Source of the DNA: a virus
Virus record (IMG/VR): IMGVR_UViG_3300020048_000036
Coordinates: 1 to 64,000 of that record
Reading direction: 5' to 3' (one strand)
Length of the DNA stretch: 64,000 nucleotides
Every line of letters starts with the position of its first letter. The first letter of the stretch is position 1. The position numbers were made by a program, and so were the translations under genes. Below the pieces are notes generated by a model, which worked only from the letters and a program-made list of their open reading frames with translations, did not search any database and was not told where the DNA came from. This document shows, piece by piece, positions 29,528-37,826 of this stretch.

Positions 29528-29729
29528 ATACCTATCCTTTAAAGAACTGATGACGGGCGGTATGCCTTTACATTATTGGTTTGCCCTGTTTATCTTTTAC
29601 TTGATAGGGGCTAATATTTACCAAGCCACCAAGGTAAGCAAAGGCATAACTGAGAACCCTTTGAAATGTAATTGCCTAGTTTCCGCATTAGGTGGTGCAG
29701 GTGTGCTTATTAACATTATACACCCATAA
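29508..29729 (+). CDS. Membrane protein, partial paralog of 29735..30130
   Basis: GGMPLHYWFALFIFYLIG vs GEMPYWPEWVVLLIMFLIG. Confidence 0.55.
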   Translation: MDTLTVEYLSFKELMTGGMPLHYWFALFIFYLIGANIYQATKVSKGITENPLKCNCLVSALGGAGVLINIIHP

Positions 29730-29734
29730 AAAAA

Positions 29735-30130
29735 ATGGATAAAAAACCCTTCACAGAACTTATTTTTGGCGAGATGCCGTATTGGCCCGAATGGGTAGTG
29801 TTGCTTATTATGTTCCTTATAGGTGGTTTTATATTTCAATTATACAAAGGTCACCAAGGCGCAAAAGCAGAAAACGGTTCACCAAGCAAGTTTAAATGGA
29901 AATACTTTTTCACGGATTTCCAAAATTATGTGGACTTGTTGGGGAATATTTTTGCGGGATATGTGGTACTTAGGTTCCTCATCCCCAAAATGGACTTTGA
30001 CCTACTTATGCTGTTAACAATAGCTTTAGGTGGCTTAGGACAAGGCATATTGGATATAGTAATTGAAGGTATAAGGGGTAAAACCAGTGTGGTATTGGAT
30101 TTGTTCAAGAAAAAAGAACCAAAATCATAA
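29735..30130 (+). CDS. Holin-like membrane protein
   Basis: three hydrophobic segments, basic C-terminus. Confidence 0.6.
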   Translation: MDKKPFTELIFGEMPYWPEWVVLLIMFLIGGFIFQLYKGHQGAKAENGSPSKFKWKYFFTDFQNYVDLLGNIFAGYVVLRFLIPKMDFDLLMLLTIALGGLGQGILDIVIEGIRGKTSVVLDLFKKKEPKS

Positions 30131-30453
30131 TGGACGTGGAAAATACAAGAACAGACTCAGGGTTAAACCCAATGTTAACATACATAGTAACCACAGGGGC
30201 AATTTTATTTGGAATGGTAAAGGGAACGGAAGTTATAATGTTGTTACAGGCAATATCCTTAGTTGGGGCAAGTTGTGTGGCATTCGTGACTTTTTACGAA
30301 AAGGTTACGGGTAATACTAAAATAATGGCTTTCCTGTACAAGTGCTATGAATTTATGGTATATTTATTTTGGCACTTCAAAATATGTATGTCGTTCTTTA
30401 GCGAGGGGTTGAGGTGGGCTTATAGAAGTCTTTTTAAAAAACGTAAACAATAA
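30130..30453 (+). CDS. Membrane protein (holin/antiholin candidate)
   Basis: two TM-like segments, basic C-terminus. Confidence 0.55.
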   Translation: MDVENTRTDSGLNPMLTYIVTTGAILFGMVKGTEVIMLLQAISLVGASCVAFVTFYEKVTGNTKIMAFLYKCYEFMVYLFWHFKICMSFFSEGLRWAYRSLFKKRKQ

Positions 30454-30465
30454 ATCAACAATAAT

Positions 30466-30834
30466 ATGAAACTATTACAAAAACACGAGTTATTGCCTTT
30501 AGAAGCTACCAAAGAACAAGTAGCTGAATTTCTATCTAACAGTTCTTTTCGTTCTGTAAAACGTACAACCGCTTTGCTGTCTGGCGATAAAGAAAGACTT
30601 TTGCGGAAAGGTAGGAATGTACAAGAAGTAATGGAGTATGATTTGGATAAAATTATTGCCACATACAACTTTGTAGCACTAACAATCAACTACAACATTT
30701 CCAAAGCACTGGAAGTATTCAAACAATTTATTATCCTTTGGCCTACAATCAAGAATGTACGTAGCTTCGATGATGTGTTGGGTATCTTTGCCGATGCCGA
30801 AGAAAGTGAGGATGACGAAGCTGAATTAGCTTAA
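30466..30834 (+). CDS. Hypothetical virion-module protein
   Basis: 122-aa ORF. Confidence 0.75.
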   Translation: MKLLQKHELLPLEATKEQVAEFLSNSSFRSVKRTTALLSGDKERLLRKGRNVQEVMEYDLDKIIATYNFVALTINYNISKALEVFKQFIILWPTIKNVRSFDDVLGIFADAEESEDDEAELA

Positions 30835-30842
30835 ACTAACAC

Positions 30843-31385
30843 ATGAGCCTGAAACCAATCATATCATTTGAAGTAATATCTACTTTTGACAGTAGGTTAT
30901 TAATTGTAGCTGATACTTCGGAGTGGAAACACCTTTCGGAGGAAACAACTACGATGGATATTGTGTTACCTGGCTCTAAAAGGACTACTACAAACTACTT
31001 CCAAAAAGGTAAACTGAACAAATATAATTCAGGTAATTTATCTTTTGGTTGTGTTGTGGAATGTGAGGATGATTTGGTTTCTTTACCTGATGGTATCTAC
31101 AAGCTAACGCTGAATGTTTGCGAAGGAAACAAGTTCTCCAAGGAAGCACATTATCTTAGGACTGTACTTACGGAAATACGGATAATGAAGTTCCTGACTG
31201 GCCTTAACCTAGACTGTAATCCCGAAACAAGCTGTATCAACCAAGTAATACATATCAAGCTTTTATTGGAGGGGGCAAAGGCAGATGTACTTTTTGGTAA
31301 CATAAAATCCGCAAAAGCCAAGTTTGACAAAGCTGTGGAGTTGTTAGATGATTTGGAGCACTGTAGTTGTAATAACTGTAAATAA
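30843..31385 (+). CDS. Tail hub-like protein (crAss-like)
   Basis: LPDGIYKLT motif, Cys-rich C-terminus; position before fibre genes. Confidence 0.55.
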   Translation: MSLKPIISFEVISTFDSRLLIVADTSEWKHLSEETTTMDIVLPGSKRTTTNYFQKGKLNKYNSGNLSFGCVVECEDDLVSLPDGIYKLTLNVCEGNKFSKEAHYLRTVLTEIRIMKFLTGLNLDCNPETSCINQVIHIKLLLEGAKADVLFGNIKSAKAKFDKAVELLDDLEHCSCNNCK

Positions 31386-31386
31386 C

Positions 31387-31635
31387 ATGGAGATACAGCA
31401 ACTACATACAAACACAATTGATAGCGTTCGCAAGGAAGCACATCAATGGCTTTCGCAAACATCCTCCAATCTCCTGAACCAATATCGCTTTGATAAACCA
31501 TACAAGGTAGATAAATCACGGTATCTAATCATAGATGCAATGACAACAATGCTTTGTAGTAACCTTGAATGTGACTATGAACTCACAGATTGCGTTCTGG
31601 AAAAAATGAATAAATTCATAACCAAACATTGCTAA
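31387..31635 (+). CDS. Small Cys-containing virion-module protein (start ATG 31387)
   Basis: ATG 1 nt after upstream stop; ends in KHC. Confidence 0.7.
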   Translation: MEIQQLHTNTIDSVRKEAHQWLSQTSSNLLNQYRFDKPYKVDKSRYLIIDAMTTMLCSNLECDYELTDCVLEKMNKFITKHC

Positions 31636-32073
31636 ATGGCTTGTAATAGTTTTAAATATAGTGATACTTGTGGGACAAGCCTATTTGCGACATGCGTGAA
31701 CGTTGAACAGGAATTTCCAAGTATATCAAGCCTAAGCAACCAAAGTTGTACAGACTTGGATTCGGTGATTGAAGACCTGTATGAACTTATTAATAACTCA
31801 TACGTAGATATGGATTCGTATGAGAAAGGTTGTCTTGACTATTCACCAACCGCTGATGCGGATATTACACCTGTAGATGTACTTAACAAACTAACTAGTG
31901 AATTATGCACTTTAAAGGTCACTGTGGATGGTTTAAGCTCTGTTAACATAGATGACCTAGACTTCTCTTGTTTGGGGCCTCTGGATGCCTGTGGAGTGCC
32001 TTTAGCGGTAAGTAATCTTACAGACCTTATCCAAGTCTTAATTAATGAAGTTTGCGCTTTAAAAACTCCTTAA
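31636..32073 (+). CDS. Cys-rich fibre-base protein
   Basis: MAC start, Cys-rich domains followed by short coiled coils. Confidence 0.65.
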   Translation: MACNSFKYSDTCGTSLFATCVNVEQEFPSISSLSNQSCTDLDSVIEDLYELINNSYVDMDSYEKGCLDYSPTADADITPVDVLNKLTSELCTLKVTVDGLSSVNIDDLDFSCLGPLDACGVPLAVSNLTDLIQVLINEVCALKTP

Positions 32074-32086
32074 CTAACTAATTACA

Positions 32087-32980
32087 ATGAATTGTACTAC
32101 CTGCAATGAGATTACTGGACACGGATGTGAAGAAACACTATGTAACGGAACTGTAAGTTTACCTTGTGATTTCGTAATACCTGCTTCTTGCATAAAAAAC
32201 GTAACTGCACTTCCTAATTTGGGAGCATGTGACGAGGTAGCAGGTAACTATGCTTGTACCGATTTGCAAACTATTTTGCTTGCAATTGATGACAAGTTGG
32301 AGAATTGTGGTGTAGATACTTATGTTGAAAGTGGGGCTTTGGATGGTGGCACACTTACATTAACGTTAAATGACGAAACAGAAGTAGAGATTGATTTATC
32401 TTCTTTGGTAGTAAGTTCTGTTTGGAGTAGGAATAGTGGGGATGGTTTTTTGTTTCCTACAACTTTAACTGATAGCGTTGGTGTTGGTACAAATACCCCT
32501 GATTATAAACTTGAAGTTGAAGGTGATTTTCAAACTACTTTTGCACCTAATGTAGATGAGGAATCCTTTATATTAAATGGGGAAAGGTCTCTCACTTTAC
32601 CATACACAGGAGCATCTACTCTTGAAGGAGGTATAATTGGTTGTACTAGTACTACAACATCCTCTCTCTTGGCTGTGTTACCTTCGTCAACTAGTCTTAA
32701 TTATCAAACAAGTTCTTTAATTGCAGAAATAAGTACATCAGCCGCTATCGGGGCTAACTTAAACTGTACCACAGGTGTAGATATATACTCTCAAATCACC
32801 GCAAGCGTAGGTAATACCGCTTCCATGAGAAGTCAAACAGCAACGGATAACACTGTTTTACTTGTAAACCCCACTCAACTTACCATTGATGGTAATGTTG
32901 GTTGGTCAGGAACATTCACAACAGGCACAGGAGATACTGTAACAGTACGTAAAGGAATTATAACTAGCGTAGCACCATAA
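32087..32980 (+). CDS. Tail fibre-like protein
   Basis: Cys-rich N-domain, DTYVESGALDGGTLTLTL, VGVGTNTPDYKLEVEG, VTVRKGIIT. Confidence 0.7.
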   Translation: MNCTTCNEITGHGCEETLCNGTVSLPCDFVIPASCIKNVTALPNLGACDEVAGNYACTDLQTILLAIDDKLENCGVDTYVESGALDGGTLTLTLNDETEVEIDLSSLVVSSVWSRNSGDGFLFPTTLTDSVGVGTNTPDYKLEVEGDFQTTFAPNVDEESFILNGERSLTLPYTGASTLEGGIIGCTSTTTSSLLAVLPSSTSLNYQTSSLIAEISTSAAIGANLNCTTGVDIYSQITASVGNTASMRSQTATDNTVLLVNPTQLTIDGNVGWSGTFTTGTGDTVTVRKGIITSVAP

Positions 32981-32993
32981 AACCAAAAACCAA

Positions 32994-33152
32994 ATGGAAG
33001 AATTTATTATCACGGAAAATTTGCGGAAAGACCTAAGAACCATAATCTTAGCAAGCAAACAAAACGTAGCAACTACGGAAGAGGTAATAAAAATCCTCAA
33101 CCAACTACAACAATTAAAACCAGTTTCTAAAGAGGAATCACCCCAAGTATAA
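32994..33152 (+). CDS. 52-aa helical ORF MEEFIITENL... (not in track), possible fibre chaperone
   Basis: AAACCAAAAACCAA leader; TAA stop. Confidence 0.7.
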   Translation: MEEFIITENLRKDLRTIILASKQNVATTEEVIKILNQLQQLKPVSKEESPQV

Positions 33153-33161
33153 CAAACCAAT

Positions 33162-33932
33162 ATGAAGTGTAACGGTACATGTAGTCAATCAAAATGCAAC
33201 AAAGGCTGTAATTGCAGTACTTTAGGATGCACACATACACATGCAGATAGTTGTATTACACTATCTAAACCATTGTCTATTTGTGGAACCAAGACATTAC
33301 CTGTAGGTACATCACTTGATATTGTATTGGCTGATACCCTAACAGAACTATGCTCACTCGAAGGTGTAACTGGTCCCGCTGGACCTACTGGTGCAACGGG
33401 AGCCGCAGGAGCTACGGGTGCTACAGGCCCCGCAGGAGCTACGGGTGCTACTGGTGCAGCGGGTGCGGATGGTAGCGAGACTTATGCGCTATTACATTCA
33501 GACCCTACAACAGATACTACTACAAGTTCCAGTTTTACTATACTTAAAACATTTACTTTACCCGCAGGTACTTTTACAAATAATAATGATAAAATAACTG
33601 TAACGACTTTAATTAGAGCAAGCGGAACAGGTAATTCAGGTTTTGTTTTCACTATTGATGGTGGTTCTATTACAAATACAGGCCAACGTCCTGTATCCCC
33701 TTCGCTTACTGAAAAGATGGTACTTGAGATATTCAGGATAAATAACACTACAATCAGGAGTACTTTTTCCGTAATAACCTCTGGTGGTATACATAGTGTA
33801 TATGCAATGGGAAACACAACTGTACCTTCTTTGGCTGTAAACCCTATTGATATACAACTACAAGGTATTGCGACTTCCGTAGGCAGTACTGCAATTTGTG
33901 ATTTGTTAACCGTGGAAATCTACAAACAATAA
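33162..33932 (+). CDS. Collagen-like fibre protein
   Basis: Cys-rich N-domain, Gly-X-Y run, beta-sandwich C-terminus. Confidence 0.75.
   Translation: MKCNGTCSQSKCNKGCNCSTLGCTHTHADSCITLSKPLSICGTKTLPVGTSLDIVLADTLTELCSLEGVTGPAGPTGATGAAGATGATGPAGATGATGAAGADGSETYALLHSDPTTDTTTSSSFTILKTFTLPAGTFTNNNDKITVTTLIRASGTGNSGFVFTIDGGSITNTGQRPVSPSLTEKMVLEIFRINNTTIRSTFSVITSGGIHSVYAMGNTTVPSLAVNPIDIQLQGIATSVGSTAICDLLTVEIYKQ
33403..33451 (+). repeat. 27-nt-period repeat in the collagen region
   Basis: CCGCAGGAGCTACGGGTGCTAC at 33403 and 33430. Confidence 0.8.
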
Positions 33933-33934
33933 TA

Positions 33935-35293
33935 ATGGCTAATAAGAAGAATATATTAATACTAGAGATAGATGACATTGGTGGTACTTACAACGTATCA
34001 AACGACCCTCTGTTAAGGACACAAGTCATAGTTGTTAAAAGAGCCACAGGAGACACAGGTACATTGACAGGTAGTGTTACTATTGCTGCAACTGCAAATG
34101 TAGAAGATGGTGTTTACTATGAATTTGAACTAGAAGATACATTTGTACTTGGTGCCAATACCTTTAGTATTTTTGGCGAACAACTTACAGCTACCCAATT
34201 ATTAGCTCATCCACAAGTAACCGTAAGGGACAACGGAGCAAGCTATGAAGTATACTTAGAAAACAATGGACTATATGTTACTACAGAAACAGCAAATATA
34301 GCTGATGAAGCAGTAACTTTAGCTAAAATGGCTGACCTTGCAAGAGGTTCTATTATAGTAGGTAACTCTACAACAAGACCTACTGCATACGATGCAAAAA
34401 CATCTGGTAGGATACTTGTAGGGGACGGTACAGACCTTGTTTCAGTTGCGGTAAGCGGTGATGTTACATTGGCTGCAAACGGGGCCGTAACGGTAGCTAA
34501 TGATGCTATAAACAACAACAAACTGGCAAATATTGCCCGTGGTAGTATAAAGGTTGGTGGTACATCTAACGCCCCCACGGATTTGGATGCAAAAACCTCT
34601 GGGTACATTCTTGTAGGTGACGGTACTGATATTAATTCCGTAGCCGTAAGTGGTGATGCAACTTTAAGTTCCGCTGGTGTGGTAACTATTGCAACAGATG
34701 CGATAACAAATACTAAACTTGCCAACATACCAGAAGGTAGTGTAAAAGTAGGAGGAGCATCAAACGCACCAACAGACTTAGACAACTCCACAGCAGGTGC
34801 AATAATCATAGGAAATGGAACAGGTGTAACATCACAAGTACTTACAGGTGCAATTACATTAAATTCAGCAGGTCTAACTACAATAGTGGACGATGCTGTG
34901 GTTACCGCAAAGATACTGGATGATAACGTAACTGTTGATAAAGTTTCTACAAACTTAAAGTATGATACAATAAATTTTGAAGCTAGTTTTGAAACTGGTG
35001 AATTAGGTGCTACAAAGATAAAGCTACCTTTTGGTGGTACTTTAGACAATATTTATGGTTTTGCCACAAAAACAATAGAAGCAACCAACAACGGTACTAT
35101 TACAATAAAGAACCATGCTGGATTAACATTAGCTACAATAACCGCTACCGCAGGTGATATAAGGACTACCGAATATAATAACACCCCTGCTTCAAACAAC
35201 GTATTTGCTATTGAGCAGTATATTACAGTTGAGACAAGCAAAGCTAATGCGGGTGGAAAAGTATTGTTACAGATGAGAGTATTAAAATCATAA
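33935..35293 (+). CDS. Tail fibre/spike protein with three 65-aa repeats
   Basis: units start at 34301, 34496 and 34691 (195-nt period). Confidence 0.75.
   Translation: MANKKNILILEIDDIGGTYNVSNDPLLRTQVIVVKRATGDTGTLTGSVTIAATANVEDGVYYEFELEDTFVLGANTFSIFGEQLTATQLLAHPQVTVRDNGASYEVYLENNGLYVTTETANIADEAVTLAKMADLARGSIIVGNSTTRPTAYDAKTSGRILVGDGTDLVSVAVSGDVTLAANGAVTVANDAINNNKLANIARGSIKVGGTSNAPTDLDAKTSGYILVGDGTDINSVAVSGDATLSSAGVVTIATDAITNTKLANIPEGSVKVGGASNAPTDLDNSTAGAIIIGNGTGVTSQVLTGAITLNSAGLTTIVDDAVVTAKILDDNVTVDKVSTNLKYDTINFEASFETGELGATKIKLPFGGTLDNIYGFATKTIEATNNGTITIKNHAGLTLATITATAGDIRTTEYNNTPASNNVFAIEQYITVETSKANAGGKVLLQMRVLKS
34301..34885 (+). repeat. Three tandem 195-nt coding repeats
   Basis: A.DA....KLA.IARGSI.VG...PT..DAKTSG.ILVGDGTD..SVAVSGD.TL. 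Confidence 0.85.
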
Positions 35294-35332
35294 AGAAATA
35301 GAGCAGTTTTAGTTGGTTTTTACTGTTCGGGA

Positions 35333-35360
35333 GGGAGGGTCTTATGGCTCTCCCTTTTTT
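35333..35360 (+). terminator. Intrinsic terminator
   Basis: GGGAGGGTC-TTAT-GGCTCTCCC-T6. Confidence 0.85.
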
Positions 35361-35361
35361 G

Positions 35362-35414
35362 GTAGGTATTTGTTAGGTTTTTGGTAATGTCAAAACTTTA
35401 TCCTATATTTGTAG
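35362..35414 (+). promoter_or_regulatory. Extended phage promoter driving tnpB
   Basis: GTATTTGTTAGGTTTTTGG-N19-TATATTTGTA, 2 nt before TTG start. Confidence 0.8.
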
Positions 35415-35415
35415 C

Positions 35416-36525
35416 TTGAAATTATACAAAACATACAAGTTCAAACTCAAACCTAATAAGGCACAAGAGGAGACTTTTGAGTCTTGGGTAAATATTTGTA
35501 GGAAAATATACAATGTCGCATTAGAAGAACGTATCTGGGCTTATAAAACACTAGGTAAATCAATTAGCAAATTTGACCAACATAACCAATTACCTGAAAT
35601 TAAAAAATCATTTCCTTATGTAGGTGAAGTGTACTCGAATACCTTACAAGAAGTATTAGATAGATTAGACAAAGCTTATAAAAGTTTCTTCAAAGGTACA
35701 GGTTTTCCTAAGTTTGCCAAGAAAGGAAAATATAATTCTTTCACTTACAAGAGTCGTTTTACTGTTAAAGAAAAAACCATTAAACTACCCAAAATAGGTG
35801 AGGTCAAATATTTTAATTCCCAACCTATTTTGGGTAAACCAAAAACAGCAACAATAATAAAAGAAAACAACGGTTGGTTCATTTGTATAGTTAGTGAATA
35901 TGAAACAGAATTTAATCAAGTGGTGGTTGATAACCAAAACCCCATCGGATTGGATTGTGGTGTTACAAGGTTTCTAGCATTGTCAAATGGTACTTTTATT
36001 GATTCACCAAATTTCCTTCAAAAAGAGAGCAACAAATTAAGGCTACTCCAAAGAAAACTTAGCCGTCAGGTCAAAGGCTCCAAATCCCGTGATAAGACCA
36101 AGCAACAAATAAGGAAACTTCATAAGAAAATTTCCAATAGGCGTTTGGACTTTTTACATAAAACCTCTACCAACCTTTCCAACAATTTTTCCGCTATTTA
36201 CATGGAAGATTTGAATCTCCAAATAATGCAGGAGAAAGGGTTTAAGGAAGTCAACAAAGGTATGTTAGACAATGGTTTTTACACGTTTAAGGTGTTACTT
36301 GGTTACAAGATGGTTGAACGGGGCAAGCACCTTGGTCTTGTTAATCCCGCTTACACTTCCCAAACTTGTTTCTCTTGTGGCAACGTAGATAAACAATCAA
36401 GGATTTCACAATCAGAATACGTCTGTGTCAAATGTGGTTACATAAGTAACGCTGACACTATGGCTTCAAAGAACATATTGAGCAAGGGCATTGCTCAGGT
36501 TACAAAAGTACAACCGTTAGGTTAA
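35416..36525 (+). CDS. tnpB: RNA-guided endonuclease TnpB (IS200/IS605 OrfB)
   Basis: N-terminal KTYKFKLKP, RuvC-I GLDCG, RuvC-II EDL, Zn finger CFSCG...CVKCG, RuvC-III NADTMASKNIL. Confidence 0.95.
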   Translation: MKLYKTYKFKLKPNKAQEETFESWVNICRKIYNVALEERIWAYKTLGKSISKFDQHNQLPEIKKSFPYVGEVYSNTLQEVLDRLDKAYKSFFKGTGFPKFAKKGKYNSFTYKSRFTVKEKTIKLPKIGEVKYFNSQPILGKPKTATIIKENNGWFICIVSEYETEFNQVVVDNQNPIGLDCGVTRFLALSNGTFIDSPNFLQKESNKLRLLQRKLSRQVKGSKSRDKTKQQIRKLHKKISNRRLDFLHKTSTNLSNNFSAIYMEDLNLQIMQEKGFKEVNKGMLDNGFYTFKVLLGYKMVERGKHLGLVNPAYTSQTCFSCGNVDKQSRISQSEYVCVKCGYISNADTMASKNILSKGIAQVTKVQPLG

Positions 36526-36580
36526 GGCTGTAACCAGAATCCCGCTTTGGGAGTTGTCAAACACCTGTTTGTTAGTTTTT
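36470..36580 (+). ncRNA. TnpB omegaRNA/reRNA (3' part) plus guide from 36561; 5' end probably further upstream
   Basis: stems GGGC/GCTC, GGTTACA/TGTAACC, AACC/GGTT, TCCC/GGGA; terminal TCAA with a complementary TTGA at 36478. Confidence 0.75.
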
Positions 36581-36612
36581 TGGATATTAAAAAATTAAGT
36601 TGTAAATTTACA
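36561..36612 (+). promoter_or_regulatory. Extended phage promoter for the ring/muzzle operon (doubles as TnpB guide template)
   Basis: ACACCTGTTTGTTAGTTTTTTGG-N19-TAAATTTACA. Confidence 0.75.
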
Positions 36613-36615
36613 AGC

Positions 36616-37317
36616 ATGACCGTTGGCGAGTTCATTTCAGATGTGAAAAATTCTGTACGTGCCTTAACTAAGGACGACAGGATAAGTGGTAGGTATATCC
36701 ATAGCCTATCAAAAGACTTTACTAGTTACCTTATTGCAAACAGACCCCTTAGTGACGTGCTTAGGGACAGTTCTATTTTCACTGAAATAACCTGTGTGCA
36801 GATGGATAGGGTTAGGGCTGATATATGTGATATTGCGGAGTTCCGAAAGTGTAACAAGGTAATGAAATCCCACTGTAAACTTCCAGAACTATACAACTCT
36901 TCTATCGGCCCACTTGTAACTTCGGTTATGAATATTACAGGGGACGTGACTTACCAACACCTACGTTCCCCCGCAGACTACACGAATGCACAAAAAAGAA
37001 AGTTCCAAACCGCTACAAGATATTGGTATATATCAAATGGATATTTGTATTTATTAGGTTCTACTAGTGAGAGGGTAACTGTAAGCGGTTTGTTTTTGGA
37101 TGAACTTGAAGCACTTAAATTTTCGGAATGTTCTGATAAAGAAGAAAGCGAATGTGATTCAGTACTTGACTATAAGATAGTTATACCTAACAAATACTTA
37201 TCTACGGTAAAGGAACAAACAATTCAACATATTCTTAATACAAGAAAACGTATTCCCGCAGATGAATTGAGTAACCTTGACTCCAATACAAAAACAAACC
37301 AACAATTAGGCCAGTAA
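36616..37317 (+). CDS. Tail ring/adaptor protein (start revised to ATG 36616, MTVGEFISDV)
   Basis: track start overlaps the IS end and promoter; crAss gene order. Confidence 0.75.
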   Translation: MTVGEFISDVKNSVRALTKDDRISGRYIHSLSKDFTSYLIANRPLSDVLRDSSIFTEITCVQMDRVRADICDIAEFRKCNKVMKSHCKLPELYNSSIGPLVTSVMNITGDVTYQHLRSPADYTNAQKRKFQTATRYWYISNGYLYLLGSTSERVTVSGLFLDELEALKFSECSDKEESECDSVLDYKIVIPNKYLSTVKEQTIQHILNTRKRIPADELSNLDSNTKTNQQLGQ

Positions 37318-37826
37318 TGGAAAAACAAAAGAAAGATTATGGTTTTAACCGAAATGAAAAACCGTGGAAAGGAAAATCTTTAGGGAAGGCAAAAAGCCTA
37401 ATGCAAGATAGGTACTATTCCCACATAGTAAAGAAAAACCCCAAGTTCAAAGGTGTAACCGACACAGAATACAGGAAGATGATGGAAGCCTTTTGGGACA
37501 AGGTAGGGGAGGTATTGATAGGACAACCTAACGGGGTAGTATTGGATGGGTTGGGGTATTTTGCATTCCCATCGTATATAAAAAAAATGAGAAGCCCTGT
37601 AACTAAAAAGATTAACGTAAAGACCAAGGGTTTTGTATATTACCCGCAATTCTTTGGAAAACTGTTCAATAATTTCCATGTTTCAGGATTGTCCCTTGAA
37701 TTGGCAAGGAAATTCCGCAGAAGGTGGTATCACTTGGTAGAAGCAGGACAACCATACAAATTTCATTACAGTACCCTCAAACAACTAGTAGGTGGAAAAC
37801 GGAAATACGCATATAAAATTAAGTGA
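37317..37826 (+). CDS. Basic HU/IHF-like protein
   Basis: IGQPNGVVLDGLGYF; position between ring genes. Confidence 0.6.
   Translation: MEKQKKDYGFNRNEKPWKGKSLGKAKSLMQDRYYSHIVKKNPKFKGVTDTEYRKMMEAFWDKVGEVLIGQPNGVVLDGLGYFAFPSYIKKMRSPVTKKINVKTKGFVYYPQFFGKLFNNFHVSGLSLELARKFRRRWYHLVEAGQPYKFHYSTLKQLVGGKRKYAYKIK

Larger units (their letters stand above)
35327..36560 (+). mobile_element. Solo tnpB cassette, IS200/IS605-derived, no tnpA; left boundary uncertain
   Basis: right end GAATCCC-GCTTT-GGGA-GTTG-TCAA at 36537-36560; left boundary inferred from empty-site reconstruction. Confidence 0.6.

Noticed and set aside
34243-35049. Long antisense ORFs (also 57226..57945, 58228..58884, 51387..52040, 26356..26958, 63557..63955 and others)
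   Set aside because: Shadows of strongly biased sense-strand genes; no promoters or recognisable motifs
25913-35293. Diversity-generating retroelement acting on the fibres
   Set aside because: No reverse transcriptase and no template/variable repeat pair differing at adenines found in the window
37184-37197. Reverse copy of the promoter element inside a gene (ACCTAACAAATAC)
   Set aside because: Encodes PNKY; no matching -7 box confirmed; likely chance
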